From the NCBI RefSeq assembly GCF_001194135.2, contig NC_068981.1, positions 12,671,652 through 12,705,758 on the forward strand: a DNA stretch of 34,107 bases, written 5' to 3'. Position numbers and translations under genes: made by a program. Below are positions 10,500 to 21,639 of the stretch, one piece after another; positions within the stretch are counted from its first letter, which is position 1, and every line of letters begins with the position of its first letter. Origin of the DNA: Octopus bimaculoides (Eukaryota). The notes under the pieces were generated by a model that did no database searches, was not told the origin of the DNA, and saw only the letters and a list, made by a program, of their open reading frames with translations.

Positions 10500-11860
10500 G
10501 ATGAAAGTAAGTGTAACACCTACGAAATCAAAAAGAAATTGGATCAGTGGAGACTCTAATGACAAATGCAACCAAAATTATAAAATGCGGTGTAACATCA
10601 CGCTTGTATATCAAATCAGAAATATGAAGGTGATATCCTTCAACAGAGAGATGTAATAATATGAAAAAAAAATTGCGAAATAAACAGCAACAACAATTCA
10701 TTACAGAAAGAAATCTGAATAAAAATCGCAAACACAATGATAAGGCAAATGGAAGATTATAGTGGTGCACAAGAATTGGATTACCCTCTGCAGATATATT
10801 CTAAAGCAAAGTTTAGAGCATCTGATTCAAACTTTCCCATGGCTACCAGTTGAAAGAATTTACAATTTTCAGCAATAAGCAAATGGTGCTGTTAAATGAG
10901 AATATATCACCCAGGGATTTACGATGTGTTTATGTACAGAAACAACTTGCGTGATATTGAATAGAAACGTGACTTTAAATTACCGGTTATTTACTAGTAG
11001 ACATAATTGAAGGAAAAATTACTGGCTCCTATATGAAGAAACATTTAAAATACAAACATCAAAAGAATAAAAGACCAATTACTGATAAATAAGATGGTGG
11101 TTTAAATGTATTGCTGGAAGAAAAAACAAATGATGCATTGCATTTCTCAATTACTGAAAGGCGTTCGACTAGTTTCAGCAAACCTGGATCAAAAGATGAT
11201 TGAAACCACTCACGAACTTGAAAATAATTAGATATCTGACAACAATTCTGAGAGACGTTGAAGAGTGTGGATAATATCAGGAATAGAAAGACCTCACAAT
11301 GAACAATCTTTCAAGATGACAGGCCCTTCTATATTGATCCCATTGTCGATTATGCTAAACAACCGAAGAAGGAGAGTCACTGTCAGAAAATGCGGAAGAT
11401 AGTTCTCATCTCATTTTTTATGCACGATTTATTGCAAAAGAACACCCCATGGATCGTTCACTGGAAGCCTTAATAATATTTCTAGTGATACATAAGATGT
11501 GTTGGAATGGATCCAGCTGATGGCAAGAATATGAAACACTTGAGTGTACAAGAAGCATATAAGCATTCTGGAACAGAGGAGAATTATAAAAGTCAAAGTA
11601 CAAAAATGAAGACACTCTACACACAAAAATATTTTCATACAGTTAAGACTCTAAACTTCCTTTTAAATGCGGGACACAGAATACATGTAAGGGATTTTCG
11701 TGAAGTACAATTAACTAATAATATATGAGAAAAGAATAATGGAGTGCCGGAAAGAAGAATTGCAAGCATCGACAGGAGTACATTGAAGCAGGTGACGCAA
11801 CAGGGAAGCCTGAAACGCTCCAATAAGATGTGAATCATTTCTATTCGAAGAGACCTAAGA
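10500..11860 (+). mobile_element. Heavily decayed reverse-transcriptase region of an R4/Dong-like LINE
   Basis: NY*KAFD at about 11158-11169, broken YA(D)D at about 11420, EAYKHSG (YKYLG), KYFHTVKTLNFLLNAG and IASIDRSTLKQVTQQG (LDRKTRK.LT.HG pattern). Many stops and frameshifts; 5' boundary approximate. Confidence 0.65.
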
Positions 11861-13199
11861 TTGGTGTTAATAATTATTCAACTCGTAGGACAACTTGAGG
11901 AAGTTAGTCTAGAATGGAAATTATAAGCGAACGACTATTTTACAGAGTTCATAGTGTAGAAAGGAAAAAAAGAGCAAACAAAAACGAGAAAAAAGTCGGA
12001 GAGCTGGATAAAAAAAAAAAAAAAAACCGTTACATTCTGTATAAAAACAGGAAAAAAATGCTCCTACTGTAATTTTCGGAAAGAATAACAAGATTAGTTT
12101 GAAGAAGGGTGTATTGAAGAAACAGACGGATGCAATGAATTTACTAGTATAGGAAGTGGATGATGGATAAGTAAGACTTTATTTAAATGAAAAATGTGAT
12201 ACTATACAATGCCAATAATTCCCACATTCTCCTACATCTCAGAATGAATGCAAAATGATTAAACGTAATAATATAGCTGCCATCAGTTCCCGGATTTTTT
12301 AAGGTGGTTTGGTTTTACAACAGAAAATAACTAAAATGATTTTGTGAAACAGAAATGAAACTACTCGAAAAGTTTGAAGTGAAGTTACTATTTTCTGTAC
12401 GAACCAAACAGAAAATAAGAGCAGACAGCAAAAAAAAAACAAAAAAAAACAGGTATGGTAGTCACTGGTGACAAGTAAATATGCCTTGCTGTTTGATATG
12501 CAGCGGAAATATAGAGATAAAAGTGATACGAAACTTCAAATTCGTTAAGGTGAAATAATTGCGATTAAATATATGACGTTAGATTCACTGTTATGTGTGT
12601 AAAAGTACCACATCTCCCCTCCATTAAAACACTAAGCACGCTAACATAGAATAAACCAACTCAACAACTCCAAAAAATTCAGCTTTATGGTTAAATATGT
12701 ATTATATAAACGTGTGTAAGTGCACGTGCGTGCATGCGTTTATACATATTTATATAGATAGATTGATAGATATATAGATAGATCTAAGTATAAGTGTATA
12801 TGTGTATGTGAGTGCGTGCGCGCGTGTGTGTGCGCGCAAGCGTGTGTCTATGTATCTATATACAAATATAACGTCAAAATAGTTTTATAAGCCTCAAGAC
12901 AGAATATTCAAAGGTTTATCGTTTGTGACTTCGGTGATTCGCTTCAAATTGGCTATCTTAGATTATATCTCTTATATTGATAGGAGTATAATTGACAGAC
13001 AGGGAAACTGGCTCCATCATTTTGTTTAAAGTTCATTGCAGAAATTTCTCTTTCTTAATAATCCAAAATAAGATATGTATGAAGGATTTGAAAGAGGAAG
13101 TTGGGTGAAGTGCTGTCATCGAACTTCAATGCATATTTACTGAGTCGGGTTTTTATTGGAATCCTATTTCTTACACGCACCCGCAGTAACGCGGACGCA

Positions 13200-13214
13200 C
13201 GCACACACACATCC

Positions 13215-13247
<33 letters not shown>

Positions 13248-13320
13248 TGTATGTATACACACACACACGCACACACACACACACACACACATGCATATCT
13301 ATATAGGGAGAGAGAGAGAG
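13200..13320. repeat. (CA)n-(TATG)n-(CA)n-(GA)n compound microsatellite
   Basis: Read directly. Confidence 0.95.
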
Positions 13321-13352
13321 GTAATGGTGTCAATTAGACTGAAAGGTATCAG

Positions 13353-13386
13353 GTAATGCTGAGTAATGCTGAGTAATGCTGAGTAA
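13353..13386. repeat. 10-bp tandem repeat (GTAATGCTGA), about 3.4 copies
   Basis: Read directly. Confidence 0.9.
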
Positions 13387-13547
13387 GTGCTATGTATAGA
13401 CCATAGTTAAGTTCTAGGTTCGGTGATTATGCGAATAAGGAGTCCAACGTAGGTCATATATTAGCATGTGTATATATAATTGTTTTTTTTTTCAGAATGA
13501 AATAAACGACCAAGTCTGTGAAGATTTTAGAACATTTAAAATAGAAG

Positions 13548-13595
13548 GTCTTACAGCTGTTTCCAGGATGTTTATTATATCCCTTCATCGGAGAC
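13548..13595 (-). ncRNA. Hammerhead motif, left arm (core U4>C)
   Basis: Minus strand: GTCT CCGATGA AGGGAT-loop-ATCCTG GAAA CAGCTGT A AGAC. Helix I has 4 bp; ACAGCTGT palindrome; triplet GUA. Confidence 0.65.
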
Positions 13596-13915
13596 GGTGT
13601 GAGAAAATGGTTAAACAATAGTTAATTTAGATCAGATACGAAANNNNNNNNNNAAAATGGTTAAACAATAGTTAATTTAGATCAGATACGAAATAGAGAG
13701 TGAAGTGGAGGAATGAAAATACATGTGAGATATGCAGGGATATTGCATTTGTAGATCCGTTATTTAGACAGAATGGTATTAGCACAAGGTATTGGAATCT
13801 TATATGTATATATGCAATATCCCTGCATATATCACATCTATAATCATTCCTTCAATTTACCCTCTATTTCGTATCTTATCTAGATTAAGTGTTGCTTAAC
13901 CATTTTCACATACCA

Positions 13916-13961
13916 TCTCTGATGAAGGGACATAATAAATATCCAGGAAACAGCTGTAAGA
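13916..13961 (+). ncRNA. Hammerhead motif, right arm
   Basis: TCT CTGATGA(13919-13925) AGGGA-loop-TCCAG GAAA(13947-13950); palindrome ACAGCTGT (13950-13957); A13958; AGA. Confidence 0.7.
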
Positions 13962-14034
13962 CCTTCTATTCATGAATATTCTAAAATCTTCACAGCCTTG
14001 GTTTTTATCTCATTCTGATAAATTATTTTAATAT

Positions 14035-14110
<76 letters not shown>

Positions 14111-14124
14111 GTACGCGCACACAC

Positions 14125-14172
<48 letters not shown>
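14035..14172. repeat. (CA)n(TA)n(CA)n microsatellite
   Basis: Read directly. Confidence 0.95.
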
Positions 14173-14174
<2 letters not shown>

Positions 14175-15341
14175 GATGTTGTTTAATAGATTTGAATAAT
14201 AGCGATGAAGAAAAAAATGTATTTACCAGAGCTGAAGTTTTGCCAAAAAAAAAAAAGGAAAAGTGGTAGTGAAGCTAAATGTAATAATCTTTATGTTCAA
14301 AAATATCTAAACGAATGTATATAAATTATGTATGAAAAATTAATAGAATCCAAGAATTTCTCTTAATCACTCGTCATATTTTAAAATCTATTTTCATATA
14401 TTAACGTATAAATATTTATCTGAATAATCACGTTCATATTTTTGCGACTATTAATAGATTTTTCGATTATCTTTGCGGAACATTATTGGAATAGATCTGG
14501 AATAGAAATTCTTATATGCAAGTTCTGATGAAATACATAGCCTTCTGAGATATTCTAAAATCTGCTTTAAGCGAAGTGATAAAAAATATTGAAATAAATG
14601 AGAATCGTGTATGTGAATATAAGATCAAAATTGAAATTCCATGAAGAATTTACTGGAATAATATAATTTGTATAGGATTGTAAGAATTTGATGCTTAAGA
14701 TGCTGATCTATAGAGCACTACATGGTGACTATATCACACTTAAACTAGCATTTTATTACCTGTTCTTTTTTTTGTATATTATTGTAGCCCTACATACACA
14801 TGACTGCAAACTAAGTTTAGACCCGTGGACAACATTAAAACAACACCGAAAATATTCTAAAATAACTGATTCTAATATAAGCACGATGGTTGCAGATTGG
14901 TATGTTATTTTGTCATTCCAGCTAAGCTGGAGAGCAAAAAATGTCTTCCGTTACCAGTTATATTTGAATGCAATAGCAACGAGACACATCAAATACGAAA
15001 TAGCATTTTTCTTACACTCTCAGTGATCTGTTAATCTTAAAAAAAAAACATATATATAATACCCCGCACATACACACACGCATACACGCAAATACATACA
15101 TGTAAATATACAATTTTAAGATAGGATAAAATCTTTATCAGCATTTATCAAGTAGTTAGCGTGAAAAACATCATGAGGGAAACAATATCAATTATTCCAT
15201 TTAACTATATTTATTTATATTAAAGGCATTACTAAACATAAATGCCTCACGCTAGGAAGGACAAACTACAATAAAAAAACACATTGTACCGAACGCAAGG
15301 GAATGTAACTCTCGAAGCGAGCCTTTTAAAGACAGATCCAG

Positions 15342-15375
15342 CCGCAGATTATATGATTTTTAATCGTCAGTGCAG
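15342..15375 (-). ncRNA. Hammerhead remnant with helix II deleted
   Basis: Minus strand: CTGCA CTGACGA TTA AAAA TCATATAAT C TGCGG. Confidence 0.5.
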
Positions 15376-15406
15376 GAATAATCATTTTTAGGTGTTTTTA
15401 TTATAC

Positions 15407-15466
15407 CTGCACTGAAGATTAGAAAGTGCATTTTGTGCACTAATTATGAAATCATATGATCTGCGG
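15407..15466 (+). ncRNA. Hammerhead motif, right arm
   Basis: CTGCA(15407-11) CTGAAGA(15412-18), helix II TTA..GTGCA/TGCAC-TAA, GAAA(15448-51), perfect palindrome ATCATATGAT(15451-60), C15461, TGCGG(15462-66). Triplet AUC; four extra nucleotides before G12. Confidence 0.65.
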
Positions 15467-15599
15467 CTGAATCTGTTTTTAAAAGACTCGCTTCGAGAGT
15501 CGCATCCCCTCGCGTTCGATACAATGTGTTTATTATGGTAGTTTCGATTTTAAAAGTCCCTCCTAGCGTGAGGCATTTACGTATAGTAATGCCCTTAAT

Positions 15600-15778
15600 N
15601 NNNNNNNNNNNNNNNNNNNNNNNNNNNNNNNNNNNNNNNNNNNNNNNNNNNNNNNNNNNNNNNNNNNNNNNNNNNNNNNNNNNNNNNNNNNNNNNNNNNN
15701 NNNNNNNNNNNNNNNNNNNNNNNNNNNNNNNNNNNNNNNNNNNNNNNNNNNNNNNNNNNNNNNNNNNNNNNNNNNNNN

Positions 15779-15821
<43 letters not shown>

Positions 15822-15845
15822 GTATGTATATATGTATGTATGTAT
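15600..15845. repeat. Assembly gap (N 15600-15778) followed by (TA)n(TATG)n
   Basis: Read directly. Confidence 0.95.
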
Positions 15846-17671
15846 AGATTGTTAGGTGTGGTGTACATAAATTGAATATTGAGAAAAACGTTATATATAT
15901 ACATATAAACGCACACTCACACACACACACACACTTTCCTTGCAAACAAACCACACGATTTATAATTGCTTGGCTCTTGTAATACTTCTACATTGGCCTC
16001 CTCAAGATTTAGTATCTATTTGTTATATATTTAGTTTTATGCCACGTTTTACTGCTATCTCTTTCTGTCTACCTATTTACATATTTTTAGTATTTCTTTA
16101 GTACTACGTCTATTGCAATGAACTTACATTTTGTTTCATTTCACATCGTATGCTGTCTGTATCGAACTTCTTATATTTCGAGGCATTTAGGATTTTAAAA
16201 TAAATGTTATTGAAAGCTATCAATGAAATATTTCCATGTTTTAGAATATGGATAGAATGTGAAGTATCATAAAGCCGAACATAATAGATATCTCGGGAAA
16301 ACTATCAGAATATTTTGGAGAATTCTATTAAGTATATATCAATAAATGTTGATATAATTATTTATATAATACATTTGAATGTAAATTCAAGCTTAAATAG
16401 AGATTTAATAGTCCATTTATACACACACACGAACACACTTATATATATTATGTGTGTGTTTCCGTGTTTGTGTATTAATATATATGTATATATATACACA
16501 TATGTAAATATATATACCTTCGTGTATATGCAAACATACATACATAGAAACAACGATATTGAAAGAGCCAAACCATTATAGTGGTTGAATTCTTTACTTA
16601 GTGAATCTGGTCGATTGGTTTAACAATTGTCTTGAGATTTCTTCAACACGCATATAACCCATTCATACATCATTGAATTTTATCATAAATTCATTGAGCT
16701 TATAGAAATGTTGGTTCTGTTGTCCATCATGGGAATGTAAGTAGTATTTCCAGTTATGTCACAAAGATTACACGTCGCTGATGTAGTTCCTGGAAACAAT
16801 ATATGTGACTGACTACTGCTGCTTATCTTCTTCGTAATATGATTCTGATTTTTATTGTGATTGGTATCCGTGAAGCACGCCTTCGAATAGATGACTGTGG
16901 TTTGCCTGTTCTGATTAAGTTTAAACACGTGGGCGTTGTAAACATTTTTACAGAACGTAAATATATCTAATGTGAAATTTACTATAAAAATTCATAGTTG
17001 TTCAATATAACAATAAAACTAAGATTAAAAGGCTCCCATTGATGATAAATAATCATATATGTTGAAATTATGTACACAGGGAGTATAATTTCATATATTT
17101 TGATAAATATCATTAAGAAGAAAGATATTTCATAGTTTGATATTTAATGCTTTGTATACTGAATATTCTAATATTATTACGAACCTTATACTACATAGTA
17201 TATCCAAAATTTCAAAGAAGGGTCCTTGTATTTATAACCTTGCAATGGAAACCGAGATTCATAGTGATGCACCGTAGCAGATCTCAGTAAAGGACAGAAA
17301 TGCGGATGTCCGTTCTGAAGCAGATATCGCTATAGCTTTATTTCGCCTGAGATCAAAACGATTGAACGAGATTCAGATGGCGGTCGCATGACTTAGAATA
17401 AAGTAGAGGCTAAATCTTTCTAAAATCCAGTACAATGCAACTTACTAAAACCGGAAATTCCTATTAAATAGCGTAACCCGTGATACACAATCTAATGCAT
17501 CATGGAGAAGTTGATCATGGTCGATAAGTAATTAGTTATAATTTTCTGCTCAGTCAGGGTAGTTATGCAACTAATCAACGTTACAAAAGTACAACAACAA
17601 CAACTAGATAAGTGTTCTCTTCAGTTTATATTACCCTCATATATCCATTTTGGAAAACGTTATGGTTATAT

Positions 17672-18240
17672 TGATCATCATCCTTTGACCAGCCGCTTTC
17701 CAAACTATACGTCTTTCATTGCTGTGTTCAAATCTCTAATATCCAGCCCTGAGTCCCGAGATATAGTATCTGGAAATATCAGGTTCCTGGAAAAAACACT
17801 TGCGGAGGGATGCCATAGCCGCAAGGAAGAGATAACCTCTTTGTCTGCTCGATGACAGGGGCCAGCAAATTGTAGCCGTTTCTGCTTTAGCTTGAGGGAT
17901 ATTGGTATCAGATTTCCGTAGATGCTACTAAGTGTTGGGTGTGAACTGAGTTCTGTATCTTTCTGAACAGGTTGGTATATATTCCATCGTGTTATTGTTC
18001 TAAGAGAGCCGATAAGATCTATGTCTCTGATTCATAGAGAAGGAAAAAAGATGGTCACATTAGCTTCATTAGCAGGGAAATAAATACAATCCGGCTGACT
18101 AAAGCGCAGTTTCCTTCTTGCAGCTTGTATCACATTAATTTCGCTCATCAATATCAGGCCACAATATTTAGATAATGCCAACCAGCTTATTGGCAAAAAC
18201 TCCACTTAGCAATATGTAACGATCATTAATGTCCAGACGT
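17672..18240 (-). mobile_element. 3' fragment of an RTE-clade LINE
   Basis: Minus strand: FLLYESET*IL..LEQ*HDGIYTNLFRKIQN...PTLSSIYGNLIPISLKLKQKRLQFAGPCHRADKEVIS.LRLW...FPDTISRDSGL...DLNTAMKD; ends in a (GAT)3 tail. Confidence 0.8.
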
Positions 18241-18490
18241 AAGATTTCGTCTCTATGCCTACTCTATTGCTGTTATAATAGACCTTATTTCTTTCCGTTT
18301 TGTTTCATTTTTAACATAACGATACACGTTCCCGTTCAAACACACCAATCAGAAGTGTAAAAAATCACCTGATCTTAGAATGTGATTACTATGAAAAACA
18401 TTTTATTTTGTACCTGCTGCTGATGAAGTTGGAATTTAAAGAGCAAGTAACTTGAACACTATCTGAATAAACACTAAATATAGATACATG

Positions 18491-19342
18491 CACGGAGATA
18501 TCAAAGAGTTCCCGGCTTAGTTCTCTAGTACGCTTAGTTATAAGACAACAGCATACGGTTGCATTTAGAGTGAGAGCTACTCGTGACGTTCGTGAGACAG
18601 TGTGCCCAGTGACATCGCTGTGTTTGCTTGCAAGTTGCGAAATTTGATTTGCGAAATTTTGTCACGGACAGGAGGTTGGAACAAAGAACTAATGTGGAAT
18701 TTTGTATTAAACTTGGGAAGGGTGCTACACAGTCATTGAGCATGCTTCAGCAATCTTACGGTGAGGAGGCAATGGATCGTTCGCAATATTTCAAGTGGTA
18801 TGGGCGCTTCAAACTCGGAAGAACGTTCCTGGAAAACGATGAGCGTTCCGGAAGACATACCATGCGTATCGACCCCTGGAAATGTGGTGAAAAGTCCTCA
18901 GCTTGTGCATGAGGAACACCGAGGTCATTCAATGACGTTTTGAAGAATTTCAAGGATGCCATTTGGCGAAAATGACCGGATATGTGGAAGGCGAAGAATT
19001 GGATTCTTCACGGCGACAATGCACTCTCTCCTCACTCGTAAGTTCCTGGGCAAAGACAACATGGTATCGCCTCCACACCTGCATGATTTGCCAGATTTAG
19101 CACCTGCCGACTTGAATCTCTTCACCAAGTTCAAAATGCAGTTCACCGTTGTCGAAATCCAGATCGAGTTAGAAAAGGTCTTCGAGTCGCTTACAGTAAA
19201 TGACTTCCAGGCTGGATTCTAAATGTCGCAGGAACTCTGGGATCGGTGTATTACAGCGCAAGGTGACTATTTTGAAGGAGATGATGTTAAAACTTAGGTA
19301 AATAAGTTATTTTTTATTAATCATAACTAATCCGGGAACATC

Positions 19343-19345
<3 letters not shown>
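18491..19345 (+). mobile_element. Internally deleted, decayed mariner (Tc1/mariner) transposon
   Basis: EQRTNVEFCIKLGK.ATQ...WYGRFK.GR..LENDERSGR (HTH), WILHGDNA, PDLAPADLNLF, WDRCITAQGDYFEGD. TIR core GTTCCCGG(C/A)TTAGTT at 18508-18522 and inverted at 19325-19339; ends in a TA array. Confidence 0.9.
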
Positions 19346-19423
<78 letters not shown>

Positions 19424-19460
19424 TGTGTGTGTATGTGTGTGTGTGTGTGTGTGTGTCTGT
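19344..19460. repeat. (TA)n(TG)n microsatellite
   Basis: Read directly. Confidence 0.95.
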
Positions 19461-19838
19461 GACTGTGTGTCTGTGTGTACGTTTATAAATGACTGTACTT
19501 GGACATAGTGGTGTCTATGTGTGCAAATTATGTATGGGTGTATAGTGTGTAGGTGGAAGTAAAATAAAATAAGTATGGATGAAACAGAGTAGAGATCAGA
19601 TGCATAGAAATTTAAACTCGAAACTTTCCCTCCAGGGCCGACGGCTTTGAATCTAAGTTCGGCTATAAAATCAATCTGTGCCGCTGTTTTGGGGGTAGAA
19701 AGGCGAAAAAACTGCAGGCTTGTAACATTTATGTAGTTGGAGCACAAAATGTATGGCTATTCAGTATTTAAATATTTGTTTAATCTGGCAACTCGTAGTT
19801 GGCCTGTTAACACGTTAAACCAAATCTACGTAGAATGT

Positions 19839-19985
19839 CTACCTACCTACCTACCTACCTACCTACCTACGTACCTACCTACCTACGTACCTACCTACCT
19901 ACGTACCTACCTACCTACGTACCTACCTACCTACGTACCTACCTACCTACCTATCTACCTACCTACCTACGTACCTACCTACCCA

Positions 19986-20020
<35 letters not shown>
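19839..20020. repeat. (CTAC)n array with interspersed GTAC variants, then (TA)n
   Basis: Read directly. Confidence 0.95.
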
Positions 20021-20028
<8 letters not shown>

Positions 20029-20169
20029 ATTAGAGGATATGTTAACCTTGGGAAGGGAGGGTTGCATCCAAGGAAATACTGTTTCAATACCTATTATTGT
20101 TGAGGGAATGAGATTCCCTTCAAAATAGAGGCATATAATAAGCATATGGTTTACATCCAGTTCAAAGAT

Positions 20170-20452
20170 GGAAAGAAAATGGAGATAGGTAATTTATCAA
20201 TTATTTGTTATTAACAAATTTGTCATCTTCGTTTCTTACAGCCGTTTTATTCAGTACTTTAATTACAAGTTTGTACATTAAATTTGCATTTATGTAACAT
20301 GAGATTAATTTCATCAGAGAAGGAAAAGATGTACCTTGAGATGTTGTGTTGACCTATCAGTTCATTTCAGCAGACTCAATTGAAACGGCTGTAAGAAGCG
20401 AAGATAACCAATTTGTTTAATAATTGTTAACTTCCTTATCTCCATTTTCTTT
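20170..20452. mobile_element. Eroded asymmetric inverted repeat with hammerhead parts
   Basis: 20170-20250 is inverted relative to about 20379-20452; shared segments AAACGGCTGTAAGAA.CGAAGAT.AC.AATTTGTT and TATCTCCATTTTCTTT. Confidence 0.75.
20233..20321 (-). ncRNA. Hammerhead motif with long helix II insertion and G12>A
   Basis: Minus strand: TTCT CTGATGA AATT...(long)...AAT AAAAC GGCT GTA AGAA. The opposite arm keeps an intact AATT GAAAC GGCT GTA AGAAG (20378-20398) but has no CTGANGA core. Confidence 0.55.
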
Positions 20453-20789
20453 TCTTCTTTTAATCTATGTAATGGAAATATATTCATATATATTAAATAT
20501 ATATATCGAAAATATTTTCATATTACAATACAATGCTAAAATTGACCCACAATATATATATATATATATATATATATACGCACACACACTACATACATAC
20601 ATGCATACAAATATATACACGCACACACACTACATACATACATACATATATGTGTGTGTGTGTGTTGTGGACCAATTTTTGTATTGTATTGAGATATGCA
20701 TATATTTTCAATTATCTATTTTTCAGAGAAATTTTATACAGCGTGGGTGTAATGTTATCTATTTTCTTGTCTGATTTTCAGTTGTATTT

Positions 20790-21500
20790 ATTGTAATGTA
20801 CATGCAAGGCCATGATAATCGTATGCGAGAGTGTTGTACTGGTCTGTCCAATGCAACAATCACTGTCGTAAAGTTTGAAACTTTCCGTTTTGTAATCAAA
20901 ATTATAGATCGCGTGTTTGATCATCCGTTGGCTTCTGGGCTCAGATGTTTTCGATGTGTTTAATAAGGAGGCTTTGCATTTGGTGTTTCCATCGTACATT
21001 ATTTATTCAACTGTGCCGTCACATATTAGTGATGGGCAGAATTTTCAGTAGTTCTGTCTCAGCTGTGATAGAAAAGTTTCTAGTTCAGTATATAAATACC
21101 AGTGCACTATGGAAAGCAACTATTATACGTATGACATGTGCAAAATGTAACTATCTTTATCTCATGATTGAACACTTTTAAGTAAACAATTGAGAGACTT
21201 TCTTTCTGAATATATCTTTACACTCCGACATGTTATATAAGCACGTATCAATATATCTACGTTCAGAAATAACAAAAGAACATTTTAACATTTCTATGGT
21301 TGTCATAGATATGTTGTCGATATTTTACTGCACTCTGACTGGAATTCACATGATATAAATATTTAATATATTTCTCCTCAATGAAAAGTTTTGAATGCTG
21401 TACAAGGTGAATGACTACAAGATCACGGATTGCACTCACAAGCCGAATATGAATGAAATTCATCGCTCTGAAAATAATAATATTTTGATCATGCAAGAGG
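20790..21500 (-). mobile_element. Decayed Penelope-like element: RT C-terminus plus GIY-YIG endonuclease remnant
   Basis: Minus strand: HAIYNFDYKTESFKLYDSDCCIGQTSTTLSHTIIM fits the GIY...YIG.TTTTLSRRLTMH pattern. Upstream LVQHSKLFIEE...YRQHIYDNH weakly resembles the PLE RT thumb. Confidence 0.5.
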
Positions 21501-21639
21501 ATTGTATCACATCTTTTATTGTGATAACGGTTAACATATTTTGACGAATATTAGAAATATTTGACAACATGAAATTATTATATCTTCCAAGGTTGTATAT
21601 TTGCTTATCCCAAATCCTATGTGAGCGGCACTCCTTTTA

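Larger units (their letters stand above)
13492..14018. mobile_element. Head-to-head palindromic element with hammerhead motifs in both arms (PLE-derived or MITE-like)
   Basis: Arms 13492-13748 (about 207 bp after removing a 40-bp gap duplication and 10 N) and 13812-14018; roughly 85% identity by eye; spacer about 63 bp. Confidence 0.9.
15220..15598. mobile_element. Head-to-head palindromic element ending TTAA-RGGCATTAC...GTAATGCCC-TTAA, with hammerhead motifs
   Basis: Arms about 15224-15382 and 15399-15594; TTAA at 15220-15223 and 15595-15598. The left arm lacks about 30 bp present in the right arm. Confidence 0.9.

Noticed and set aside
13604-13693. Exact 40-bp direct repeat either side of 10 N
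   Set aside because: Typical unmerged contig overlap; the opposite arm has only one copy.
15412-15442. Alternative HHR parse CTGAAGA-TTA-GAAA-GTGCA/TGCAC-TA
   Set aside because: No helix II and no helix I pairing; the parse using GAAA at 15448 gives both helix I and the palindrome.
16775-16812. CTGATGT-AGTTCCTG-GAAAC motif
   Set aside because: A9 is mutated, helix II is too short and there is no helix I.
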